Origin: Candidatus Thorarchaeota archaeon
GTDB lineage: Archaea > Asgardarchaeota > Thorarchaeia > Thorarchaeales > Thorarchaeaceae
Assembly (NCBI GenBank): GCA_963726195.1
Contig: CAVSBO010000004.1
Location: 128,001 to 192,000 of the forward strand
DNA: 64,000 bases
Direction of reading: 5' to 3'
Shown here: positions 12,070 to 21,846 of the stretch, in pieces
Numbering within the stretch: position 1 is the first letter of the stretch
Layout: each line of letters starts with the position of its first letter
Notes under the pieces: generated by a model
Told to the model about the DNA's origin: nothing
The model's database searches: none
The model's input: only the letters and a program-made list of their open reading frames with translations
Made by a program: the position numbers and the translations under genes

Positions 12070-12664
12070 TCATGTGTAATATGAGGGTCCCGCAGCTTCG
12101 GGCTCGTGACCCTTCTCACCAGTCTGTCCAGTGACCTCATTTAGTATCTGTATGACCATGTCAACAGCACTGTGTACTCTTCTGACGACGTTCCAGAGTT
12201 TGTCCTCGCTGAAGGCATCATCATAGATTCGCTCGGATGCGACGAAAGCCTGGACCTGGCGGCTGAGGACCCGGCTGTCCCGGCTGCGGTTGGATGAAAC
12301 CAAGATTCACATTTTGGGCAAAGCTAAACCTCATTGCTTGCATCTGGAACACGAGCATCTTTTCCGGAGTAAGCAGCTTCAGGTGTTCAGGGGATATCAT
12401 GACCTGCGCTTCAATCTGGACGAACCTCTGATCGTTCGGTCTGACCACAGTGAAGAAGAAACGCATGAACTTGACTTTGAAAAGGAACTCAGCGCGGGGA
12501 TCTGATATTGTTTCTACCTTCGTGCCCTCACGCGAGAACCAATCACGCACGGCTTCCTTAATCCTCTGAGATTGCTCCGAAAGCAGCCTGTCAGAGCGTT
12601 CGGGTTCCTTAATCTTGTCGGGCAGTGCGGCCTTCTTGGTTTTGTCAGGTTGTATGCCAGGCAT
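12070..12664 (-). CDS. DUF2299-like protein, frameshift near 12245
   Basis: IxxW..EG.KV, ISPEH and FVASERIYDDAFS patterns across two ORFs. Confidence 0.6.
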
Positions 12665-12729
12665 TTGCTTGGTCTCCAGGTAACAGGGGGTTCTGATGAG
12701 ATTCACTTAACGGTTGCGTTGAGCCGTGT

Positions 12730-13530
12730 CTAGTCTTTGAACCATTGGACTTTATCGTATGCCCCGGGTGCGCGATCCTTGTAACAGGTGATTTGGTTTC
12801 GTACTGAATCGAGGGCGACTGTGTCTCCGCTGTTAGTAAAGACCTGCTCTTCAGAGGTCATCCGTGTAAGCCGCACTCCCGAGGGATCTATCATCTGACT
12901 ATGGCCGAAGTATGTTTTTCCATCGAATCCCCGCCCGACTCTGTTTGCCGCCGCCACATAGAGCTGATTCTCGATTGCTCGGGCAATGAGCAGGCTGTCC
13001 CAATGTGCGCTTCTCGGGTCAGGAAACGCTCCGGGAACAAGAATGAGCTGCGCGCCTTCAAGCGCCATTGTTCTGGTTAGTTCTGGGAAGCGAATGTCGT
13101 AGCAGATATCGACCCCTACTTTGATTCCCTTGGCATCAAACAGCACAACCCGGTCGCCGCCACCGAAGACAGTCTTCTCAGCCTGAAACGGATGCACCTT
13201 CCTATACGTGGCGATTGTCTTTCCCGCCGGAGAAGCTGCTATGAGCGTGTTGTAGTAGCCGCCATCCGCTTTCTCAAGTCCCGAACCAACCACGTACGCC
13301 TTGTGCTCCTTTGCAAGGCCCTCGATGAAGCGCGTCGTAGGTCCGGGAACCCCGGGACCGATTCGAGCATAATCGTCGTATCTGAATCCGACGTCGAACA
13401 GCTCAGGCAGTACAATGAATTGTGCACCGTCTTCTGGTCGCTGTCGCAGCAAGTTCCGCACTACAGAGTAGTTCCTTTCCCTGTCCCCTTCTGCAGTCGA
13501 CATCTGGACCATGGTCACTGAGAATTTCAT
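12730..13530 (-). CDS. Carbon-nitrogen hydrolase (nitrilase/omega-amidase family)
   Basis: Catalytic E-K-C triad motifs LPELF, YRKVH and ICYDIRFPE. Confidence 0.95.
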   Translation of the reverse strand: MKFSVTMVQMSTAEGDRERNYSVVRNLLRQRPEDGAQFIVLPELFDVGFRYDDYARIGPGVPGPTTRFIEGLAKEHKAYVVGSGLEKADGGYYNTLIAASPAGKTIATYRKVHPFQAEKTVFGGGDRVVLFDAKGIKVGVDICYDIRFPELTRTMALEGAQLILVPGAFPDPRSAHWDSLLIARAIENQLYVAAANRVGRGFDGKTYFGHSQMIDPSGVRLTRMTSEEQVFTNSGDTVALDSVRNQITCYKDRAPGAYDKVQWFKD

Positions 13531-13704
13531 CCTTGGCCACCCGCATCAATGAAAAGAGGTTCCAGCGCGCACCATGACTGTGCGTCTCTTAAGAATGGTG
13601 ACTCGTCACACCGTTGAATCACGCCACATAGCAAGTTGCTGGGGCGAATACGGATTCCACCTTACCATTATACTTATTTCAAACCTTCAAGCCTTTGCGG
13701 AACT

Positions 13705-15130
13705 ATGAATCAGTACGACATGCTGGTCTTGGGCTCAGGCGCCGGAGCCAATGTCGCGAGTGATGCCTACGAGCAGGGGATGACGGTCGCTATCGTGGAC
13801 AACGATCGGTTTGGTGGAACCTGCCTTAACAGAGGATGTATTCCAACCAAGATTCTGACCTATGTTGCGGACCTGATAGTGGAGATTCGTAATGCCGATA
13901 GAGTGAATCTCAAGGCAAGGGTGGAGGAAGTTGATTTCAAGGCGTTGATGGAGCGCATGCGACACGAGACGTGGGACGAATCGGAAGAGATGGAACGCAG
14001 TTTCGGCAAGGTCAAGGGATACGATTTCTACAAAGGAACAGGGGAATTCATTGCGTCCCTACACTATGGAAGTGAATAATGAGAGAATCAAGGCGCAGCA
14101 TGTCGTAATCGCGTCTGGTGCGCGACCTGCGATTCCGAACATCCCGGGCATTGACAGAGTCGAGTACTTCACGAACAAGACGGTCCTCGAGTTGGACGAG
14201 ATTCCCAAGTCAATGATAATAATTGGCGGAGGATTCATAGCTGTCGAGTTCGGGCACTTCTTTTCTGCAGTAGGTACTGATGTTACGATTCTGCAAAGAG
14301 CTCCTTCGCTTATGGTTCAGGAGGACACCGACATCTCGGAACTGCTACATAGAGAGCTTTCGAAGCGAATGCAGGTTTTGACAAACCACGAGGTTATCGC
14401 CGTGCGCGAGGCTCAAGGATTGAAGAGCGTAACAGCAAGAGAGCGTCAGTCTGGCGCTGAGAGGGAATTCACTGCGGAGACCTTGCTCGTAGCGTCCGGG
14501 AGGAGATCCAATGCTGACCTGTTCAAGCCCGAGAAAACCGGCGTCAAGGTTGACAAAGATGGGTGGGTGATCGTGGACGACTACTTCCGGACAAGCCAGA
14601 AGAATATCTGGGCCTTCGGAGACACGCTTGGTCGCTGGATGTTCAGACACGTCGCTAACCAGCAATCAGGCATTGTGTGGCACAACATCTCCGAGACGAT
14701 CAAGCCTGCTGAGGGACGTGTGCCCAGCCTCGCGAAAATGGACTATCATGCTATCCCTAGAGCTGTATTCACGTATCCGGCGATTGCAACGGTCGGGATG
14801 ACATTGCAGGAAGCGAAGGGATCAGGACGCCCGCTGTTGGTTGGCAGGGCTGACTTCACTTCAGTTGCCAAGGGCATAGCGATGGGAAATCCGCCGGGCT
14901 TTGTCAGAGTCATATGCGACGCTGAAGCAGGAGCCATTCTCGGAGCGACAATCATAGGACCGGAAGCTCCCACACTGATACAGGAGATTACTAATCTGAT
15001 GAACAGCGGCAACGGTGACTTCTATCCTGCCTTTCAGTCAATTCACATCCATCCAGCGCTGTCGGAGGTTGTCCAGCACGCCTTCGGGGCTCTAGCGCCC
15101 ATCGACCATGAACATACTCACCATCACTAG
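13705..15130 (+). CDS. Dihydrolipoamide dehydrogenase/mycothione reductase-like disulfide oxidoreductase; frameshift near 14050
   Basis: GSGAG, GGTCLNRGCIPTK, GGGFIAVE and HIHPALSE motifs. Confidence 0.9.
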
Positions 15131-15197
15131 ATGCATTTCGTAACATCATAACGCTTAATATGCTCGGCACGGGGTTGCGACCTTGTAAGGGCGGCAG

Positions 15198-15527
15198 ATG
15201 GATGTGCATCCTGTGGTAAACGAAGTCAACACTGAGCCCAAGAAAAGGAAGGACATGCCAAAGACCTCCTACTCGAAACCCGTGATTGGGTCCACAGGGA
15301 AGACAGGTAGTTGGCGAGTATTCGATCCTGTGATAGACCACGACAAGTGTACGCGATGCAGGACCTGTTGGATGGTCTGTCCTGAGGCATGCATAGACCT
15401 CGACGAAGATGACACTCCCCACATCGATTTGGACTATTGCAAAGGTTGTGGAATCTGCGCTGAAGAATGTCCGTCGAAATGCATCTCTATGGTACGGAAA
15501 GGGGAGACCAAGGAAGAACAGCAATAA
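15198..15527 (+). CDS. porD: Pyruvate/2-oxoacid:ferredoxin oxidoreductase delta subunit
   Basis: GKTGSWR..P, CTRCRTCWMVCPE and YCKGCGICAEECP motifs. Confidence 0.93.
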   Translation: MDVHPVVNEVNTEPKKRKDMPKTSYSKPVIGSTGKTGSWRVFDPVIDHDKCTRCRTCWMVCPEACIDLDEDDTPHIDLDYCKGCGICAEECPSKCISMVRKGETKEEQQ

Positions 15528-15556
15528 GGACAGAGCTGATGAGTGCGAACTACGCC
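15468..15556 (+). repeat. Left copy of the degenerate porD-end/porA-start duplication
   Basis: aaatgcatctctatggtacggaaaggggagaccaag...gacagagctgatgagtgcgaactacgcc aligns with 26640-26728. Confidence 0.85.
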
Positions 15557-15566
15557 ACTGTGACAG

Positions 15567-15713
15567 CTATGACCGTTCTCGTCTTGTCCACTTCCCGCAT
15601 TTCACGCAGCGGAAATGCACGAACACGGTCGTCTTCCCTTTGTCGACCTCGGTTTCCTCATGCTTCTCTATGAGTCTACCTCCGCAATATGGGCATTCTT
15701 CGCTCAACGTCAT
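15567..15713 (-). CDS. Small Zn-ribbon protein (48 aa)
   Basis: CPYCGG...CVKCGK. Confidence 0.65.
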   Translation of the reverse strand: MTLSEECPYCGGRLIEKHEETEVDKGKTTVFVHFRCVKCGKWTRRERS

Positions 15714-16610
15714 ATCGACTCTCGAGGGGCCAAATCGGTGATATCGTTCACTCGATGGAGTAATCTCTCTCAGCCATACCTTGACATCGGAACGTATTGA
15801 AGCTTGCACCTTGCTCTTTCACTACGAGAAAATCTCACTAGCTGCAGCCTGCCTGTCGAATCAATCTATGGGCTGGAGCTCGCAGATTGCGCTCTTGCCC
15901 GTAGTCTAGGCCGCCCTCTAGGCTCCGTGGCGGAAGCGCTCAGGCGAGTCTACGGAAAGAGCCGTCACGTTTCCAATGTTCAGATACTTTCGATACCTGT
16001 TGCAGGCCACAGAAATCAAACACACGTACAAGATGATTGGCGATACCGGTGGTTGTCTCTTGCGCGAGTCGCTCGCCAATCGCCATATGAGAATTCCGGG
16101 ATTACATGGACAGAACGGACAGGTTTCTTGCGCTTTTCTGTCCTGTAGCAGAAAGACGCCTCGAACGGGACCAGCCTGCTGTCGCAAGACGATACACGGA
16201 ACACTCATGCTAAACCGTCAAACAGTGGACTGCTCCCGAAGAAACTCGGAAGGAGTGTCGCAGCCTCTCTCGTTTTTCACGCACAGACACAAGAGGCGGT
16301 CTCAGTCCATTTGCTGACCCTTGACAATTCGAATAGCGACATGAGCGGTTGGACGGACCAACTCACGCTAGCGACATCGAACGCTGTCTTCTGACGGCCT
16401 TTGTACGGGTTCAGGAGCACGAGGCTGACGCATGCATCTCCAACTCTCACGGGATAAATCACAAGTTAGCTTATTACTGACTGGGTAATCAAGACTAACA
16501 TCGTCTCGTGATTGGCGCCGGAGTAAGACAGGTGGCGTCTGACAACTGCCAATGCAGCTCTCTGTAATGGTATCGATGTGCCCTACGGCCTTGGAAAGAA
16601 GGTTGGCCAC

Positions 16611-17704
16611 ATGGAAAGTGTGAGATTGATATGGACCCTCATCGAGGGAACCAATGATATGGTTCAGAGTGTAAAACCAGATGGCACGTTCGAGTACGTT
16701 AACAAGTCTTGGCTAAGAGCGCTGGGATACACGGACGATGAGTACCCGGACCTCCATCTTAGCGATGTCATCTATCCTCCGAATCTTAACGAGTATGAGG
16801 AATATGTGGCTAGGGTCATGAATGGCGAGACTCTTAGCGACATTCAGGTAACCTTTGTAAAGAAGGACGGCACTCAAGTTCACGTTGAAGGTAATCTGTA
16901 TCCTCGTTACGAAGGGAATCGGGCGGCAAGCACAATAGGATTCTATCGCGACATCACCGAGCGCCTCCGGGCAGAGACAGCGATTCGTGATGAGCGTGCC
17001 CGCACCCAGTTCTTTGGTGATCTCATGACCCATGATCTCACTAACATTCACCAGGAGATACTGTCGACTTTCGAGCTGCTTGTGCAGACTTCCTCACTTT
17101 CTTCAGAACTGCGCGAATTGGTCCGAGAAGGACTTGTCGAAGTGGAGCGCGCTGCAACCCTTATTGCGAATGTCAAGAAGCTCTCCCAGCTTTATGCAGA
17201 GAAGCCGGAGATTACTCAGGTCGACCCTGCAGACGCTCTTCAGGAAGCTGTAGAGCTACTATCGAAGCCTTCCCGGACAAGCGTCTTCTACTGAAAGCCA
17301 ATCTGTCCCCTGGCCAATGCACTGTGCTTGGGAACCAGTACCTGAAGGATGTGTTCTATAGTCTGCTTCACAACGCGATGAAGTTCGATGAACGAAAGAA
17401 GGTAGAGGTGGACATAGAGGCCGAGCCCATTATGCACACGCCTTTCCTGAAGATTCAGATTAAGGATCATGGGCGAGGGGTCCCTGATGAACATAAGCAA
17501 GATATCTTCGCCAGAATCATTGATAGAAGGGAGAGTATCTTGGGGTTGGGACTGGGCCTTACCTTGGTGAAGAAGATCTTAGAAAGCTATGGCGGTCAGA
17601 TAAGCATCGAAGACAGGGTGGAGGGCGATTACACGAAGGGAGCCAACTTCATTGTGCTGCTCCGATGTGAATTGCCCGGAGAACAACAGGGAGGTACAGT
17701 GTGA
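16611..17704 (+). CDS. PAS-domain histidine kinase (archaeal type); frameshifted around 17270-17320
   Basis: PAS domain, LMTHDLTN H-box, LLHNAMKF, DHGRG and GLGLGL. Confidence 0.9.
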
Positions 17705-18066
17705 TGGTAAGCATCTTCATTGTGGACGATGATGAGCTGATACACAAGGTGTTGGAACGCCTGCTAGCCGCTGCAGGTTTTCGCGTATCTGCACATGCCT
17801 TCAATGGGGCCGAGGCTGTCGAGAAGTTCGTTCAGATGAACCCGCGGCCCGACATTATTCTCATGGACCATCGGATGCCTGTGATGAGTGGTGCTGCTGC
17901 GACCCGGGAGATTCTCGCGTTGGACCCGTCTTCCAAAATCCTCTTTGTAAGTGCTGATGAAACTGTGAAAGATGAGGCCATCGCTGCAGGAGCTCTAGAC
18001 TTTCTGACAAAACCGATTCGTAGTGTCGTTCTGTTCGATATGATAAAGAAGTACGCATCCGCCTAG
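17701..18066 (+). CDS. Stand-alone receiver (CheY-like) protein
   Basis: VDDD, ILMDHRMPVMSG and FLTKP. Confidence 0.95.
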   Translation: MMVSIFIVDDDELIHKVLERLLAAAGFRVSAHAFNGAEAVEKFVQMNPRPDIILMDHRMPVMSGAAATREILALDPSSKILFVSADETVKDEAIAAGALDFLTKPIRSVVLFDMIKKYASA

Positions 18067-18524
18067 TCTCCATGTATCCGATAGGTGCAGGGGTTCTAAT
18101 CAGTCGTTTTAGTGATTACTGTGCGCAACAGGTGGTTTCTCCTGCCAATGCAGACACAATCCTGAGAAGCAAGACGAGATCCTGTCCTACAACCCTCCCC
18201 AAAGGCAACGGTGATTGATTCGACAGCAACAGCGGCAAACGCCCGTGCGGCGCACCACAGCTGCCGCCTCTCATGTGGAGGTAGCTCCTACCAAGACGCT
18301 ATGGCGGGTAGCCTGCTCACAGGTGCCAGCCTAGGAAGTAAGCCACATATACGCTTTCATCGGGGACCGCAGCATATGCACACAATACCATTATCAGGTA
18401 CTCCACGAAATCGTAAGGAAGGGTAGGTGTTTGGCAGTCGCTTCTCAAATAACACCTTGGACTCTTCTCGCGCTTCCAGAATGCAGTATACCAGCCCGAC
18501 TGGCTCCTGGAGGGTGAACACAGG

Positions 18525-19865
18525 TTGAGATGGTATCGCCATGAAAAAAAGGCTCGCGGGCAAGTCAGTGAGTCCGCAACAGCAAAGCCCTCGGGCGGGC
18601 TGAGGACTTCAGCTCAACCCTTGACAATGGAAACACCCAACCCGACAACAGCCGACTATTGTGCACGGTCTAATGAAAGACTTCTATTCCTTTACCACAG
18701 AGCCTCAGGAATGGCGCCCTATTCCCACACGTTCGTGTCTGGAGGACATGATCCCCAGATGCTATCGGGAATGGTGTCAGCCATGTCAAGCTTCATGAAT
18801 GAAGTCACGGGGGTTCAGGAGTCCAAATGGAAAACAGTCTACGGTTCCAATTCGGTCCTTATCGTACAAGCGGGAGAGTGGATGGCTGGAGTCCTTGAAG
18901 TGATGAGAGAAACAAGCGAAATGCGAAGTAGGCTACGCCGCATCGTAAAGGAATTCGAAGATAGCTTTCCAATGTTCAGGGGCGGAGATGTCTTCGATGG
19001 GACCATCTTTGAACAGTTTGACAGATTTGTTAGACGCGTGTTCGTTGATGACAGGTTGTCAGAGCGCTCGGCTATTCTGAAGGGCTCCGACTGGGGTGAT
19101 ATCCACGGACAATATGCGCATCCCAGCATTAGCTTCAAGGTGGCAAGACTCTTGCATGGCCTCAAGAGCGGACAGTCAATCGCGGAAGTTGCTCAGTCAC
19201 AGGGCTTGCCCCTTGAGGAAGTCAAGAACCTCGTGTCAGAGGCTGTCTGGCAAAACGTAATCCATCTAAAGTACGTCCCAGCAGATGATGATGTTCTGGC
19301 CCTCTCGGAGAGGTCTTCCAGCGTGATCCTGAAGCAGGGAAACCCAATGGGAATCTCCTCTGCGGCTCTGAGAGTGCTCGCACATCTTGATAGTCGCACT
19401 CCTGTTTACTCCCTTATGAGAGGAGTGGGTTCAGAGTCTGTCGACAGAGTGCTGGATGAGCTAGGGAACCTGATTGATGAGGGATACGTTCAAAGGATTC
19501 CACTTGAAAGACGCTTTGTTCTGCTACACGAATGTATCCTCTCTCGATTCATGGCCGCAATCGCCAAAGCTACAGGTCCCGCAAGAGCAAGGAGCTGGTG
19601 GCTAACCGTTTGCAGCAAGGGGACTGACCAGCATCCGTTGCTAGGAAGGATCCATCTCACAAGAGACTTCCGAGCTAGATGTGTGATCGAAGATACCATG
19701 ACTCCCGCTGACTTGGACAACATGTACGACGCCCTTGGCTACCTCATAAACGAGATTGAGAATCAGCCATCGATAGCAAGAGATTTGAACAGAAACCTGC
19801 TCCAAATCGCCAGAGAGCACTGCCGCCGGACATGGGGCTCATACTTGATGGACACAACATTGTAG
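18525..19865 (+). CDS. Longin-like domain plus wHTH-like protein (start uncertain)
   Basis: LFLYHRASG..YSHTF...DPQMLSGMVSAMSSF; paralogous to 44302-45502. Confidence 0.65.
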   Translation: MRWYRHEKKARGQVSESATAKPSGGLRTSAQPLTMETPNPTTADYCARSNERLLFLYHRASGMAPYSHTFVSGGHDPQMLSGMVSAMSSFMNEVTGVQESKWKTVYGSNSVLIVQAGEWMAGVLEVMRETSEMRSRLRRIVKEFEDSFPMFRGGDVFDGTIFEQFDRFVRRVFVDDRLSERSAILKGSDWGDIHGQYAHPSISFKVARLLHGLKSGQSIAEVAQSQGLPLEEVKNLVSEAVWQNVIHLKYVPADDDVLALSERSSSVILKQGNPMGISSAALRVLAHLDSRTPVYSLMRGVGSESVDRVLDELGNLIDEGYVQRIPLERRFVLLHECILSRFMAAIAKATGPARARSWWLTVCSKGTDQHPLLGRIHLTRDFRARCVIEDTMTPADLDNMYDALGYLINEIENQPSIARDLNRNLLQIAREHCRRTWGSYLMDTTL

Positions 19866-20084
19866 CGGCGGAAGTTGAATCGTTCTTGTCGTTCTCCTAC
19901 GGTTTGCTGGTTGGGTCCGCATCCTTGCAAAAGGTGATTGACCATGGGCTGGTCCACGCCGATTGATGATAAGGGTTCAGGCGTTCCCGGGCGGCCTGTC
20001 ACGACAAATCATACATATTCAACCCTGACAAATAGCCCTCTGTCGAACCTAGGCCGGCTATTCAAAACAATGTGCATTATGAAA

Positions 20085-21197
20085 CTAGATTGCCTTCGGC
20101 AGCATTACCTTGAACGTGGCACCTGATCCCTTCTCAGTATCGACTAGCTCGATGGACCCCCCCATTCCATTGACAATTTCTCTAGAGAGATACAGTCCAA
20201 GCCCCCCTCCCGTTGTGGAAGCTCCCTTCTGAAAGAGCTTGTCCCTCAATGATTCTGCTATCCCGGGGCCATTGTCAGAGACAACGACTTGGGCATAGCT
20301 TCCCACGAGTGAAACATGCACCTCGACTGTGGGTGTTGCCCCCGCGTATTTGGCTGCATTCCGCAATAGGTTGTCAAACACGGCTGGCAGAAGCCTGCTT
20401 TCCTCAATCTTCAGGTCTTCAGCTTCTGGGTCAACAATCACGTTGACTTTCATGCCGGTGTTAGCCTCTTCCGCCTGTCTGCAAGCTCCCCTAACAAGCA
20501 ACGCGATACCCCTCCCTAAAGAGTCTGAGGGTTTGCCAAGTGCTTGCAGTAGGCCCATCATTCGCTCTGATACAGCTTCTATTGAGGACAGAGCTTCCCG
20601 AACGCCGCTATCGCTTCTATCGGTAATCATGCGAAGCAAATCTACATTCGATAGGATGACATTCATGTCATTCTTCAAATCATGGCGAAGCAGAGAAGAA
20701 TACAGTTCGAGTTCCCGCTGTAGTTGAACTCCTAGCCTCTTGGCACGTGTCCTTTCGATGAATGCCGATAGCTCAGCAGCGAGGGTATCGATTAGTATTC
20801 GTTCTTCGAATAGAAAGGGCTCCTCATTATGCTTCGGCTTCATCTCCTTGAGATAGGAGACATCCAAGCGCCCCGCTTTTCCCTCAGATGTCACTATGTC
20901 GGACGACAGCATCCAAGGCGTTTCAAGAAAATTCTCCGTCTGCACACACAGGCTTCCGATCACGACTCTAGAACAGGCAATAGATTGGTGTTGAAACCCC
21001 TCTATTATGACATGAACAAACGTGTACAGAGTATCATTTACATTCTTCTCCAAGTCCGAGAGAATCTGCCTGACAGTGAAAAGGCAGACAATCTGGTGGC
21101 CAGCACGCGCAACGGGGGCATCGCTGTTCGTGGTGACCTTTGGCCCAGCAGACTTTGGTTTGTCTCCTCTCTTAGGCGCCAATGCTTGACCCTCCAA
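20085..21197 (-). CDS. Histidine kinase with GAF-like input domain
   Basis: LLRHDLKN, NLLRNAAKY, DNGPG and GGGLGL. Confidence 0.92.
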   Translation of the reverse strand: MEGQALAPKRGDKPKSAGPKVTTNSDAPVARAGHQIVCLFTVRQILSDLEKNVNDTLYTFVHVIIEGFQHQSIACSRVVIGSLCVQTENFLETPWMLSSDIVTSEGKAGRLDVSYLKEMKPKHNEEPFLFEERILIDTLAAELSAFIERTRAKRLGVQLQRELELYSSLLRHDLKNDMNVILSNVDLLRMITDRSDSGVREALSSIEAVSERMMGLLQALGKPSDSLGRGIALLVRGACRQAEEANTGMKVNVIVDPEAEDLKIEESRLLPAVFDNLLRNAAKYAGATPTVEVHVSLVGSYAQVVVSDNGPGIAESLRDKLFQKGASTTGGGLGLYLSREIVNGMGGSIELVDTEKGSGATFKVMLPKAI

Positions 21198-21846
21198 ATC
21201 CCTTCAGGCAGTTCCCGGTGGGCTCTGTCCCGCTTGATGCCACATCAGATTCACTGTCCTCGTAGTCCACATCCGTCAGAGGAGAGGTCAAGGATTGACG
21301 TACTTCTGCATAAACCCCCTTATAACTTTTCGACTAGGAACTCTGTGCGACTATTTTTTCGAGAAGGGCTGGTCCCGAGTCAGCTGTTCTAGTGTGTCGG
21401 TTAACAAGAGCATTAGTACAGCAATTCGCGATTAGCAGCTAAAGGCCCGTTCAGCGACCCTCAATTCCTTCGAGAGATTGTGATTGCGTGAACTCCAAGT
21501 TGAAAACTACAGGTCTCAGGAAATGAGATGTGTGCCTATCGAACCTGATATGCAGAAGCACTTGGTTTGACCGTAGACGTGTAGCTGTGGCAGCCTCCTC
21601 GGTAGAAGCAAGAAGCTCACCGGAGGCAAGTTGTAGGAGGTCGTGTGAGGCAGGTCGGCACCGGTCGTTTGACAAGACCAAACTAAGGAGGCCCTTCTTG
21701 AGCACCAATCTGTAGCAGATTCGCTTATCTGCATTGTTCCGTGTTTATTCAATTGGGACTCGTGCAATTCGCAGCCAATGCTTGTGGCCGCCGCGATTCT
21801 GTCAAGGGTTGTTGGGTAGGGATGTCTGACGACGGTTGAAGCGAAG

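Noticed and set aside
15804-16610. Several overlapping short ORFs
   Set aside because: No motifs and conflicting frames; treated as intergenic or decayed island DNA
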